From contig JBIJDH010000006.1 of NCBI GenBank assembly GCA_044344255.1, positions 224,001 through 288,000 of the forward strand: 64,000 bases of DNA. Reading direction: 5' to 3'. The notes beneath the pieces were generated by a model. The model had not been told where the DNA came from and ran no database searches. It saw only the letters and a program-made list of their open reading frames with translations. Shown one piece after another: positions 39,849-48,696 of this stretch. The DNA comes from Myxococcota bacterium. Lineage in GTDB: Bacteria > Myxococcota_A > UBA796 > UBA2385. A program made the translations under genes and the position numbers. Each line of letters starts with the position of its first letter. The first letter of the stretch is position 1.

Positions 39849-40962
39849 GGCCCGTTTTGATGCCGACATCGTCTCTGAGCTGCTGGACGCGGACGCCCCC
39901 GGCCCCGCCGCGGCCTGGCTGCACCATGGCCAGGGCTCCATCGCCGACATCGACGCCGAGACTGCGCTCTCGGCGATCGAGGCGGCCCGGCGCCTCGGCC
40001 TCGGCCTGCGCCTCCACGCCGCGAAGGACGAGGCCCGTGACAAGGTCGTCCGCAAGGCCGCCGGCGCCGCCATCCAGCGGCTGAAGTCCGCGGGCGCCAA
40101 GATCGAGGCCCCGCTGAGCCAGCGGAGCTGGACCCTGTCCGCCGAGCTGCACGCCCCCCAGCCGCCCATCGCCATGCTCGGGATGCCGGGGCCGAACGGC
40201 TACTTCCCCTACATGTTCGTCGCCTTCAACGGCTCGGAGGCCGTCGCCTGTGTGGGCACGGCGGGGGCCGGTCAGGGCTACCAGGAGGAGAACCACGCGC
40301 ACCTTCCGCGCTCAGACGCGCGGTCCTTCCTCCACCGGATGCGGGAAGACCACGGGCTCACCGAGGTGCCCTTCTACGTCGCCCTCGCCTTCGTCGAGCA
40401 GGCCTTCGAGTCCGGCGGCCGCCGCGCGCCGGGCTGGGGCCACCTCATCGAGAACCTCGACACCGCCACGCGGCTCACCGCGCAAGTGCTCGACCCCCTG
40501 GCCGAGGCCACCACCGAGCTCGACGTTGCGGCGCTGCACAACGTGGGCCCGCTCGTCCGCCGCGGGCGCGACGTGGTCTACCTCCCCGAAGAGTCGGAGA
40601 CCCAGGCGGTGATGCAGGAGGCCGTGATGTCCTCCGTGAGCGCCGAGACGGGCGAGCTCGAGGGCGCCAGTGACCGCCTGAAGGTCGTCTTCGACGCGGC
40701 GGTGGACCGCCTGATCGGCGATCCCACCACCCGCGCCACCTGGTCGCTGGCGCTCGACGTCGTGACCTGGCTGTCGGCCTATCGGAAGGAGGTCGATATG
40801 GTCGCCCCCGCCCGCGCCACCGCCTTGGCGCTCCGGGCCGGCCACGCCGGTCGGGACATGCCCTTCTTCCGCGAGAGCCTCGAGCATGCCTTCTTCTCCC
40901 TCCTGCAGACATCCTTGCAGAAGGGGGGCGAAGCCGGCTTCGAGCACGGCCCCGCCCTCTAA
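39841..40962 (+). CDS. Hypothetical protein
   Basis: GTG start after GGGAG overlapping the maeB end; normal composition and GC3 bias; DKVVRKAAGAAIQRLKSAG helix. Confidence 0.75.
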   Translation: MAEARFDADIVSELLDADAPGPAAAWLHHGQGSIADIDAETALSAIEAARRLGLGLRLHAAKDEARDKVVRKAAGAAIQRLKSAGAKIEAPLSQRSWTLSAELHAPQPPIAMLGMPGPNGYFPYMFVAFNGSEAVACVGTAGAGQGYQEENHAHLPRSDARSFLHRMREDHGLTEVPFYVALAFVEQAFESGGRRAPGWGHLIENLDTATRLTAQVLDPLAEATTELDVAALHNVGPLVRRGRDVVYLPEESETQAVMQEAVMSSVSAETGELEGASDRLKVVFDAAVDRLIGDPTTRATWSLALDVVTWLSAYRKEVDMVAPARATALALRAGHAGRDMPFFRESLEHAFFSLLQTSLQKGGEAGFEHGPAL

Positions 40963-41009
40963 GCTTCGCGGGGCCGCGCAGCGTTTTGGCTGCCCCCCCC
41001 GCGCCGCCC

Positions 41010-42275
41010 TCAGGCGGGGAGGCGGGTGCGCTGCACGACGCGGGTGGCGGCGAAGAAGGTGGCGACGCCGATCACGCCGATGCCCGCCTCGGCGAGGAGC
41101 ATGGTGTCGGCGCCCGACGTGTCGGCCACACGGCCGAGCACGAGGCCGAGCCACCAGATCGGGAAGTTGGAGAGCGAGGCGAAGAGGTTGTACTTGGTGG
41201 CGGCGGAGCCCTTGCCCATCGCGTTGAGCACGACGGCGGTGAAGGCCGAATACGCGAGGCCGACGCCGAAGCTGTAGACGAGGCTCCACAGGCGGTACAT
41301 CCCCACCGTGGCCGGGGAGACCGCCATCAAGACCGCGACCAGCGCGAGGGCGAGGCCGATGAGGGCATAGGCCGTGCGCGGGCGGAGTCGATCGCAGAGC
41401 CAGCCGCCGGCGAAGCAGCCCACCGCCGTGACCACCCCGGCGAAGACGCCCTGCAGCAGCGCGACGTCGGTGTCGCCGGCGCCCCAGTGGGCGGCGACCT
41501 CGGCCTGGGTGAGCACGCCAGCCGCGGCGCCCGTGCCGACCGGCAGGGCGCAGAGGAGGGCGGAGAGCACGCCGCCCTGGGTGCGCACCATCTCGCGGAT
41601 GTCCCCGAAGACCCCGCGGATCGCCGTGGCGACGCCGCCCGTGTGCACGTGCTTCTCGGCGCTGGGCACCGCGAGGAGGGCCGCGCAGCACGCCATGAAC
41701 AGCCCGCCCAGGATGGCCCCCGACATCCAGGTGGCGGGCAGGACCTGGAGGAGGATGAGGCCGAGGCCGCCGCCCACCCCTGCGCCGCCGAGGTTGCCGG
41801 CCTGGAACCAGGCGCTCACGCGGCCCTCCTGGCCGGGTTGGATGGTGGTGGCCATGATGGCCTCGATCGACATCCCCACCATCGAGTTGATGAGGCTCGC
41901 GACGGCGATGATGCCCAGCAGCACGAGCAGCGTGTCGGGCCCGAGGGGGATGGCGGCGAGCGCGAAGACGCCGATCGCCGAGACCGTGGTGGCGAAGACG
42001 TACCAGCGCTTCGGCGTGAGCGTGAGGTCGACCAGCGGCGCCCACATCCACTTGAGCCAGCTCGTCAGCATCTGCACGCCGTTGAGCAGCGAGCCCTCGG
42101 TGATCGAGAGGCCGGAGCGGGTGGCCAGGAAGGTGAGCGCGACTCCAATGAAGCCGCCGAGCGCGCCGAAGGGGAAGTAGAGGATCGTCCAGATGATCGG
42201 GTGAGGGGCGCGGCGGGACGCGAGGTCTCCGCCCCGATCTTCGGCGAGGACGGGGGGCAGATGCGGCTCGGTCAA
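41010..42275 (-). CDS. MFS transporter (AmpG-like)
   Basis: About 12 hydrophobic segments; KWMWAPLVD, AATKYNLFASLSNFP. Confidence 0.85.
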   Translation of the reverse strand: MTEPHLPPVLAEDRGGDLASRRAPHPIIWTILYFPFGALGGFIGVALTFLATRSGLSITEGSLLNGVQMLTSWLKWMWAPLVDLTLTPKRWYVFATTVSAIGVFALAAIPLGPDTLLVLLGIIAVASLINSMVGMSIEAIMATTIQPGQEGRVSAWFQAGNLGGAGVGGGLGLILLQVLPATWMSGAILGGLFMACCAALLAVPSAEKHVHTGGVATAIRGVFGDIREMVRTQGGVLSALLCALPVGTGAAAGVLTQAEVAAHWGAGDTDVALLQGVFAGVVTAVGCFAGGWLCDRLRPRTAYALIGLALALVAVLMAVSPATVGMYRLWSLVYSFGVGLAYSAFTAVVLNAMGKGSAATKYNLFASLSNFPIWWLGLVLGRVADTSGADTMLLAEAGIGVIGVATFFAATRVVQRTRLPA

Positions 42276-42326
42276 GGGCGCTCCGGACGTTCGAGGGCGA
42301 CGATCGGGGCGTCTTATCCAGGCAGG

Positions 42327-42818
42327 TCAGCCCTCGCCGTCGTCCGGGGCGTCGATGATGGAGACGGCGACCGACCAGCCAAAGCCGGCGCGGCCCATCT
42401 TGGCGAGGTCGTCCTTCCGAGCCTCGGCGCGGCCCTCGCGGCGGAAGGGGCCCAGGCGGCGACGGCGCGCGAAGGCCCGCGCGGCGGCCACGGCGGGGTC
42501 TCCCACCTCGGCCTGCACGGTCTCGAAGGCGGGCCCCGGATCGGCCCCCGCGGCCCGCAGGCGCTGGCGTGCCACCCCCGGAGCCACGCCCCTGCGGGTG
42601 AGGCGGCGGGCCTTGTCCTCGGCCCAGACGGCGTCGTTGATGAGCCCGGCCTCGACGACACGCGCGACGAAGGCCTCGGCCTCGGCGCGCAGGGCCGGGC
42701 GCTCTTCGGGCTCCGCCTTCCAGATGCGGCGCTCCAGGAATTGGCGCAGCTTCTGGGTGTTCGGCGCGTAGCGGTCGATGTAAGCGGCTGCGGCGCGGGA
42801 GAGGCGGGTGGTCGGCAT
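42327..42818 (-). CDS. recX: RecX family regulator
   Basis: AAAYIDRYA..LRQFLERR, GLINDAVWAE, ARRRRLGPFR, MGRAGF. Confidence 0.82.
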   Translation of the reverse strand: MPTTRLSRAAAAYIDRYAPNTQKLRQFLERRIWKAEPEERPALRAEAEAFVARVVEAGLINDAVWAEDKARRLTRRGVAPGVARQRLRAAGADPGPAFETVQAEVGDPAVAAARAFARRRRLGPFRREGRAEARKDDLAKMGRAGFGWSVAVSIIDAPDDGEG

Positions 42819-42850
42819 CTCCCGGGGATAGCCGGTCCTGTGGAGCAGCG

Positions 42851-44326
42851 ATGACCCTGACGGAGCGGATCTCGGCCCTCGCCAGCGACGGCGATCTGGA
42901 CATCGAAGACATCGAGACGGCGGCGGGGGCCTTGTTCTCCGGCGGGCTGGATTCCGCGGAGGCCGACGCGCTCCGGTCGGCCTTACGCGGCCTCTCGGAC
43001 CGCTTGGAGCCCGGCGCTCGTCAATACCTCGAAGATCGCCTCGCCGGCCGCCCCGCCGCCCTCGTGCCGCGGCTGCTGCTCGCCCCCCCGCCTCGGGGCG
43101 GGCCCGCTGACCTCTACCACCCGCGCTCCGACGTCATCGCGCTCCAGGAGGCCCTCCGTGGCCTGGGCGCCACCCTCACGGTCGATGGAGACTACGGTCG
43201 CCAGACGATGACGGCCGTGGGAGCGGTGCAGGCGGAGGCGGGGCTGCCCGAGACGGGCCTCGTCGACAGCCGGACGCTCCTCCGCTTGAACGGCCGCCTC
43301 GAGGCCGCCAGCCTGCCCCTGCTCGACCTCCGCCCGCGCGCGCGCATCCGCCCCGATCAGGTCGTCGCGATGCGCGGGGCGGGCGACGCGGCGGTGATCT
43401 CCGCGCTGCAGCGGGCGCTCTGCGGCCTGTCCGCCCACTTCGCCGAGCCCGCGCTCGCGGTCACCCACACGAGGGCCTTCGATCCGGCGACCGAGGGCGC
43501 GCTGCGCGCCTTTCAGCGGAGGGTCTACCTGCCGGACACCGGCCTCCTCGATCGCAGCACGCTCGGCGCCGTCAACGCCGCTCTCGCGGTGGCGGGGCTC
43601 CCCGGGGTCGAGGCAGGCGCCCCCGTCACCTTCCGCGGGAAGGTCGAGCTGCACTTCTTCCCCGGCCCGGCGGAGCACAAGGTCTACGTGCTCGAGGGCG
43701 GGGAGGTGCGGGCTCGCTACGGCATGGTCGGCGGAGGGGCCGAGTCCAAGGACGATCCCAACAACCCCACCGTGAACTACAGCCCGAGCCCCGCCGGTCG
43801 TTTTGAGGTGGTGGAGCTCTCCCCGCACGCCTCTGGCGCCTGGTCCTGGTCCTACGTGCCGTATGGCGCGCGCCTCCGGGAGCGGGAGGGGGAGGTGGAG
43901 TTCGAAGACCAAGGTGGGGTCTGGCGGCGGGCGACCGGCCCGAGCTCCGTCTTCCTCCGCCGTGACCCGCCCCCCCTCACGCGGTCGAGCTACCTCGACG
44001 CGGCGGGAGAGCTCCTCCCCATCTGGACGAAGAACGACTTCGGGCACCTCCGCGGCCGGCTCCGCGACAGCCGCGGCGGGCAGCTCCAGGCCCACATGAT
44101 CCACTCCTCACCCTTCAACCAGGACACGCCCGCCTACTTCGCCGACACCGCGCGCCTCCTCGAGCCCGAGGCGGCCCTGGAGGGGCTGCGGCACTCCCAC
44201 GGCTGCGAGCACATCCACCCGCGCGACCTCGATGACATGGTGGCGCGTGGCTTCCTCGCCCCTGGCACCCGCTTCGTGATCCATGGCTACGACGAGGTCT
44301 TCTCGCCCCCGGGCGGCGTCGTCTGA
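42851..44326 (+). CDS. Two peptidoglycan-binding domains plus L,D-transpeptidase (YkuD)-like domain
   Basis: LQEALRGLG..VDGDYGRQT..VQAEAGLPETGLVD and a second FDPATEGALRAFQ..DTGLLD; catalytic-like HMIH..SHGCEHI. Confidence 0.78.
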   Translation: MTLTERISALASDGDLDIEDIETAAGALFSGGLDSAEADALRSALRGLSDRLEPGARQYLEDRLAGRPAALVPRLLLAPPPRGGPADLYHPRSDVIALQEALRGLGATLTVDGDYGRQTMTAVGAVQAEAGLPETGLVDSRTLLRLNGRLEAASLPLLDLRPRARIRPDQVVAMRGAGDAAVISALQRALCGLSAHFAEPALAVTHTRAFDPATEGALRAFQRRVYLPDTGLLDRSTLGAVNAALAVAGLPGVEAGAPVTFRGKVELHFFPGPAEHKVYVLEGGEVRARYGMVGGGAESKDDPNNPTVNYSPSPAGRFEVVELSPHASGAWSWSYVPYGARLREREGEVEFEDQGGVWRRATGPSSVFLRRDPPPLTRSSYLDAAGELLPIWTKNDFGHLRGRLRDSRGGQLQAHMIHSSPFNQDTPAYFADTARLLEPEAALEGLRHSHGCEHIHPRDLDDMVARGFLAPGTRFVIHGYDEVFSPPGGVV

Positions 44327-44682
44327 GCTCCGGCCTCCGACTGGTCGAGGCGGGCGTGCTCCTCGGCGGCGAGGGCCTCCGCCCGCTCGATCTCCTCCTC
44401 GAGGTCTTGATCGACCTGGCGGGCCCGGCGGTGCACCATCAGCTTCATGTTGTTCTGCACGACGCGGAAGAGGATGAGCAGGCCGAGCACCCAGTTGAGC
44501 ACGTCCATGTTCTGGATGTTCAACGAGGGGACGCCGACGCTGATCACGGCGATGGCCACGCCGATGCTGAAGAACTGGAAGAGCCAGAACAGGAGCGGGC
44601 GGTCGAGCAGGCCCATCCGGGGCACCATCTGCGCCAGGATGAGCATGCCGAGGATGCCGAGCAGGAAGAGATCGGAGGTCAT
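44287..44682 (-). CDS. Small membrane protein (3 predicted TM segments)
   Basis: Hydrophobic segments; start overlaps the panC stop. Confidence 0.7.
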   Translation of the reverse strand: MTSDLFLLGILGMLILAQMVPRMGLLDRPLLFWLFQFFSIGVAIAVISVGVPSLNIQNMDVLNWVLGLLILFRVVQNNMKLMVHRRARQVDQDLEEEIERAEALAAEEHARLDQSEAGAQTTPPGGEKTSS

Positions 44683-45533
44683 CCGCGGGGCTCCTCGGGG
44701 CGCGTGGGGCCGACGGCGAGGTTGTCGATCAAGCGGGTGCGGCCCACCACGGCGGCGACGAAGGCGCGGGCCGGGCCGTCGATGCGCGCGAGGGGGCGGA
44801 GGGAGAGGGGATCCCGGAGCTCGAGGTAGTCGAGCCGATCCACCTCGAGCTGCGCGCGGCCCGCCGCGAGGAGGGCGCTGGCGTCACGCTCACCCTCGCC
44901 GATGCGCTCGCCCAGGTGGCGGAGGGCGCGAGACAGCGAGAGGGCGCGGCGCCGGTCTTCGGGGCTCAGGTAGACGTTGCGGGAGGAGAGGGCGAGGCCG
45001 TCCGAGTCGCGCACGAGGGGCCCGCCGACGATCTCGATCGGCAGGGCCAGATCGCGGGCCATCCGGCGGATGGTGGCGAGCTGTTGGTAGTCCTTCTCGC
45101 CGAAGACCGCGATCGAGGGCTGGACCACGCCGAAGAGGCGCGCCACCACGGTGGTCACGCCGTCGAAGTGCCCGGGGCGGGACTCGCCGCAGAGGCCCTC
45201 GGTGAGGCCCGAGACGTGCACGGTGGTGCTGTGGTCTGCCTCGTAGAAGCCGCTCGGCACGAAGAGGACGTCTACACCGGCGGCGCGGCACTTCAGGGCG
45301 TCGCCCTCGGGGTCGCGCGGGTAGGTCGAGAGGTCTTCCCTCGGCCCGAATTGGAGCGGGTTGACGAAGATCGAGGCCACCAGCCAATCACAGCGGGGGC
45401 GGCAGAGCTCCATCAGGCTCGTGTGGCCCGCGTGCAGGAAGCCCATCGTCGGCACGAAGCCGATCCGCTCGCCGCGGGCCCTGCGGGAGAGGGCCTCGGC
45501 CTGGAGGGCGTGGGGGTCAGTCTCGATGCGCAT
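44679..45533 (-). CDS. panC: Pantoate--beta-alanine ligase
   Basis: FVPTMGFLHAGH, SIFVNPLQF, RPGHFDGV, FGEKDYQQ, DGLALSSRN, RLIDN. Confidence 0.97.
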   Translation of the reverse strand: MRIETDPHALQAEALSRRARGERIGFVPTMGFLHAGHTSLMELCRPRCDWLVASIFVNPLQFGPREDLSTYPRDPEGDALKCRAAGVDVLFVPSGFYEADHSTTVHVSGLTEGLCGESRPGHFDGVTTVVARLFGVVQPSIAVFGEKDYQQLATIRRMARDLALPIEIVGGPLVRDSDGLALSSRNVYLSPEDRRRALSLSRALRHLGERIGEGERDASALLAAGRAQLEVDRLDYLELRDPLSLRPLARIDGPARAFVAAVVGRTRLIDNLAVGPTRPEEPRG

Positions 45534-45591
45534 GGCTCCCTCCCTACTTCGGAGCCGGGCCATCGGCTGCCCGGGGGCGATGGTGAGGCGA

Positions 45592-45648
45592 CCGAATATG
45601 GATTCGCTTTTTACTCATCCACTTTCGTAGATATGCGAATTATCCGAT
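45592..45648. promoter_or_regulatory. AT-rich divergent promoter region with TTCG/CGAA dyads (possible NhaR/LysR sites)
   Basis: cgaat-atgg-attcg and ttcg-tagatatg-cgaa between panC and the terC-like gene; assignment to NhaR is inference. Confidence 0.35.
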
Positions 45649-45688
45649 GCCCGGCCGAGGCTACAAGGGGCTCAGCACCGGAGCGACG

Positions 45689-46645
45689 ATGGAATTTCTT
45701 GGCAGTGGCAGCCCCGCAGTGTGGGGTGTCTTCCTCTTGTTTGTCCTCGCCATGTTGGCCCTCGACCTTGGCGTCTTCCATCGGAAGGCTCACGTCGTCG
45801 GGGCGAAGGAGGCGCTGACCTGGAGCGCGGTCTGGGTGACCCTCGCCCTGCTCTTTGGCGGTGGGATCTGGATCGGGATGGGCCCGCAGCAGGGCCTCGA
45901 GTTCTACACGGGCTACCTCATCGAGAAGGCCCTGGCTATCGACAACATCTTCGTGTTCGTGGCGGTCTTCGGGGCCTTTGGGGTGCCGGCCGCCTACCAA
46001 CACCGCGTGCTGGTGTGGGGCGTGCTCGGCGCCCTCGTGATGCGGGCGATCTTCATCTTCGCGGGCGCGGCGATGCTCGCCAAGTTCGCCTGGGTCATGT
46101 ACGTCTTTGGTGGGATCCTGCTGCTGACGGGCCTGAAGATGCTCGCCCAGACCAACACCGTGGAGTCCGCGCCCACGGAGTCGGCCCTCATGCGCGCCGT
46201 GCGCCGGTGGATCCCCACCACCGAGGGCTTCCGCGGCGATCGTATGCTCGTGAAAGAAGGGGGGCGCTGGCTGGCCACCCCCCTGCTCGTGGTGCTGGTG
46301 GTCATCGAGCTCAGCGATCTTGTCTTCGCCGTCGATAGCATCCCGGCCATCTTCGCCGTCACGCGGGACCCCTTCCTCGTGTTCACCTCGAACATCTTCG
46401 CGATCCTCGGGCTGCGGTCGATGTACTTCCTCCTCGCCGACATCGTGCACCGCTTCCGCTACCTCAAGGTGGGCCTCGCCCTCGTGCTGGTGTTCGTTGG
46501 GTTGAAGATGCTCATCCACGACCTCTTCAAGATGCCGATCGCGGGCTCGCTCGGGGTGGTGGTGCTGCTGATCGCCGGCTCGATCGTCGCCTCGATCTGG
46601 CGCACTCGCGTCGAGGCGGCCTCAGCCCCGGCCGCGGCCGAGTGA
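45689..46645 (+). CDS. TerC/Alx family membrane protein
   Basis: GYLIEKALAIDNIFVF, QHRVLVWGVLGALVMR, DLVFAVDSIPAIFA, SNIFAILGLRSMYF. Confidence 0.95.
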   Translation: MEFLGSGSPAVWGVFLLFVLAMLALDLGVFHRKAHVVGAKEALTWSAVWVTLALLFGGGIWIGMGPQQGLEFYTGYLIEKALAIDNIFVFVAVFGAFGVPAAYQHRVLVWGVLGALVMRAIFIFAGAAMLAKFAWVMYVFGGILLLTGLKMLAQTNTVESAPTESALMRAVRRWIPTTEGFRGDRMLVKEGGRWLATPLLVVLVVIELSDLVFAVDSIPAIFAVTRDPFLVFTSNIFAILGLRSMYFLLADIVHRFRYLKVGLALVLVFVGLKMLIHDLFKMPIAGSLGVVVLLIAGSIVASIWRTRVEAASAPAAAE

Positions 46646-47527
46646 TGTGGCGGCCGCCGCGGCGATGGCCAGCAGGGCTGGGTGTCGGATGCGGCGCTCG
46701 ACGGTGATCGCGTAGAAGCGCTCCCGCACCGCCTCCGTCTCTCCGAAGCAGGTGACGCCGTACTGGGCGCAGGTCTCGGCGGCGATGGCGGAGGGGACGA
46801 CGAAGGCCCCCACGCCGTGTTGCCCGAAGACCTTGATGAGGGCGCTGTCTTCGAGCTCGGCGGCGATCTGGGGCCTCACGCCCTGGGCCGCGAGCCAGAG
46901 CTCGAGCGGTCGGCGGAGGGCGGCCCCTTCGGTGGGCAGCAGGAAGGGGAGCCCGTCGAGCACGGCGGGGAAGGCGCGGTCGACGGTGAGGAGGCTCGGG
47001 GCGGCGAGGAAGCTCACGCCGCACTCCCCGAGGAGGTGGTTCCAGGCCCGCACCTTGATCGCGGGGTGCATCGGGGCATCGGTGAGCACGACGTCGAGGC
47101 GGTGCACAGCGAGCTCGGCGAGGAGGCGGTCGGGCTTGTCCTCCTGGCAGATGAGGCGGGGCGCGGGCCGCATCTGGGTCACCGGCTCGAGGAGCTTCCA
47201 TGCGATCGCCTTCGGGACGACGTCGGCGAGGCCCACCATCACGCGGGCGGGCGCGGGCTCGGAGCGACCGCTCAGCACGTCGGTGAGCTCGCGGCCGAGG
47301 CCGAAGATCTCCTCGGCGTAGCGGAAGGCGGTCTGGCCCTGCTCGGTGAGGACGAGCTTTCGGCCGGAGCGCTCGAAGAGCTTGACCCCGAGCGATGCCT
47401 CGAGGACCCCCACCTGGGCGGAGACGGTCGGCGGGGCGAGGCGGAGGCGCTCGGCCGCCGCCGTGATGCCCCCCTCTCGGGCGACCAGCCAGAAGTAGTG
47501 AAGGTGGTGGTAGTTCAGCCAGTCCAT
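46622..47527 (-). CDS. nhaR: LysR-family transcriptional activator NhaR
   Basis: WLNYHHLHYFWLVAREG, VGLADVVPK, EDSALIKVFG, ERRIRHP. Confidence 0.9.
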   Translation of the reverse strand: MDWLNYHHLHYFWLVAREGGITAAAERLRLAPPTVSAQVGVLEASLGVKLFERSGRKLVLTEQGQTAFRYAEEIFGLGRELTDVLSGRSEPAPARVMVGLADVVPKAIAWKLLEPVTQMRPAPRLICQEDKPDRLLAELAVHRLDVVLTDAPMHPAIKVRAWNHLLGECGVSFLAAPSLLTVDRAFPAVLDGLPFLLPTEGAALRRPLELWLAAQGVRPQIAAELEDSALIKVFGQHGVGAFVVPSAIAAETCAQYGVTCFGETEAVRERFYAITVERRIRHPALLAIAAAAATSLGRGRG

Positions 47528-47615
47528 CCGGCTCGACTAACCCGGGGGCGGACACCGCCCGGGAGGGGGCTTAGGAGGTGCGGTCTCCCACGTTCTGCGT
47601 CTTGTAGGGGTCTTT

Positions 47616-48593
47616 ATGCGCGTCCTCATCGTCGGCGCCGGCTCGGTCGGGCAGGTCTACGGCTGGCACCTTCAGCAGGCCGGGGTCCGGGTCGGCGTCT
47701 TCGTTCGCGAGAAGTATGCGGCCGAGGCCCGCGGCGGCTTCGTGCTCTACCCCCCCGGCCAGCCGCGGCCGCAGCGCTTCGTCCCCGACGCCGTGCTCAG
47801 CCGGCCCGATGAGGTGGCCGGCGCCTGGGATCAGCTCTGGCTCTGCATCTCATCGCCCGCGCTCCGGGGTGACTGGCTCGCCCCCCTCGTCGCGGCGATG
47901 GGGAGCGGGGTGGTTGTCTCGCTCCTGCCGGGCATGCGCGATCGGGAGGCGCTGCTCGCGGTGGTCCCCGCGGAGCGGCTGGTCATCGGTCTCATCGCCT
48001 TCTCCTCCTGGCACGCGCCGCTCGGCCTGGAGCCCTTGCCGGAGCCCGGCATGGCCTGGTGGCACCCACCGCTGAGCCCCAACCTCTTCGAAGGGCCGGA
48101 GCCCGCCATCTCCACGATCGTGGCTTCACTCCGGGCCGGCGGCTGCCCGGCGGCGAAGGGCGGGGCCACCGCCATGGCGGCGCGGGGGTCGAGCCTGCTG
48201 GTCTGCCTCGTCGCGGCGATGGAGTGCGGCGGATGGACCTTCGAGGGCTTGCGTCAGGCGCGCTGGCTTGAGCTCGGCGCGGGAGCGGCCCGCGAGGCGC
48301 TCACCATCTCCACCCGCTTCCTCGGCATCGGCGCCGGGCCGATGGCCCTCCTCGCCCGGCCCTTGGGGATCCGCCTCATCAGCCGCCTCGCGCCGCTCGT
48401 GGCGCCGATGGACTTCGAGGCCTTCCTTCGGGTGCACTTCTCCAAGGTCGGCGACCAGACCGCGATGGCCCTCGAGACCTGGGTGGCCGAGGGGCAGGCC
48501 CGCGGCTTGCCGGTGAGCGCGCTCCAGGCGCTGTCGGCGGCCCTTCAGGCGCAGCGGGCGGGGGGCTCGCCCGAGGAGGCGAAGCGGCGTTAA
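47616..48593 (+). CDS. Ketopantoate reductase (ApbA/PanE)-like oxidoreductase
   Basis: RVLIVGAGSVGQVYG Rossmann motif; C-terminal HFSKVGDQT. Confidence 0.72.
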   Translation: MRVLIVGAGSVGQVYGWHLQQAGVRVGVFVREKYAAEARGGFVLYPPGQPRPQRFVPDAVLSRPDEVAGAWDQLWLCISSPALRGDWLAPLVAAMGSGVVVSLLPGMRDREALLAVVPAERLVIGLIAFSSWHAPLGLEPLPEPGMAWWHPPLSPNLFEGPEPAISTIVASLRAGGCPAAKGGATAMAARGSSLLVCLVAAMECGGWTFEGLRQARWLELGAGAAREALTISTRFLGIGAGPMALLARPLGIRLISRLAPLVAPMDFEAFLRVHFSKVGDQTAMALETWVAEGQARGLPVSALQALSAALQAQRAGGSPEEAKRR

Positions 48594-48696
48594 CGGGGCT
48601 GTCCCCGACGTGTCGCTCGGTCCGGCTGGCCGGAGCGCGGGCGCGGCCTCCGGCGGGGGCCCTCACCCGGGGCAACCTCACACTTCGGAGACGCAC

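Noticed and set aside
45600..45688. yybP-ykoY manganese riboswitch upstream of the terC-like gene
   Set aside because: Conserved GGGGAGUAG-type core not found and the leader is short
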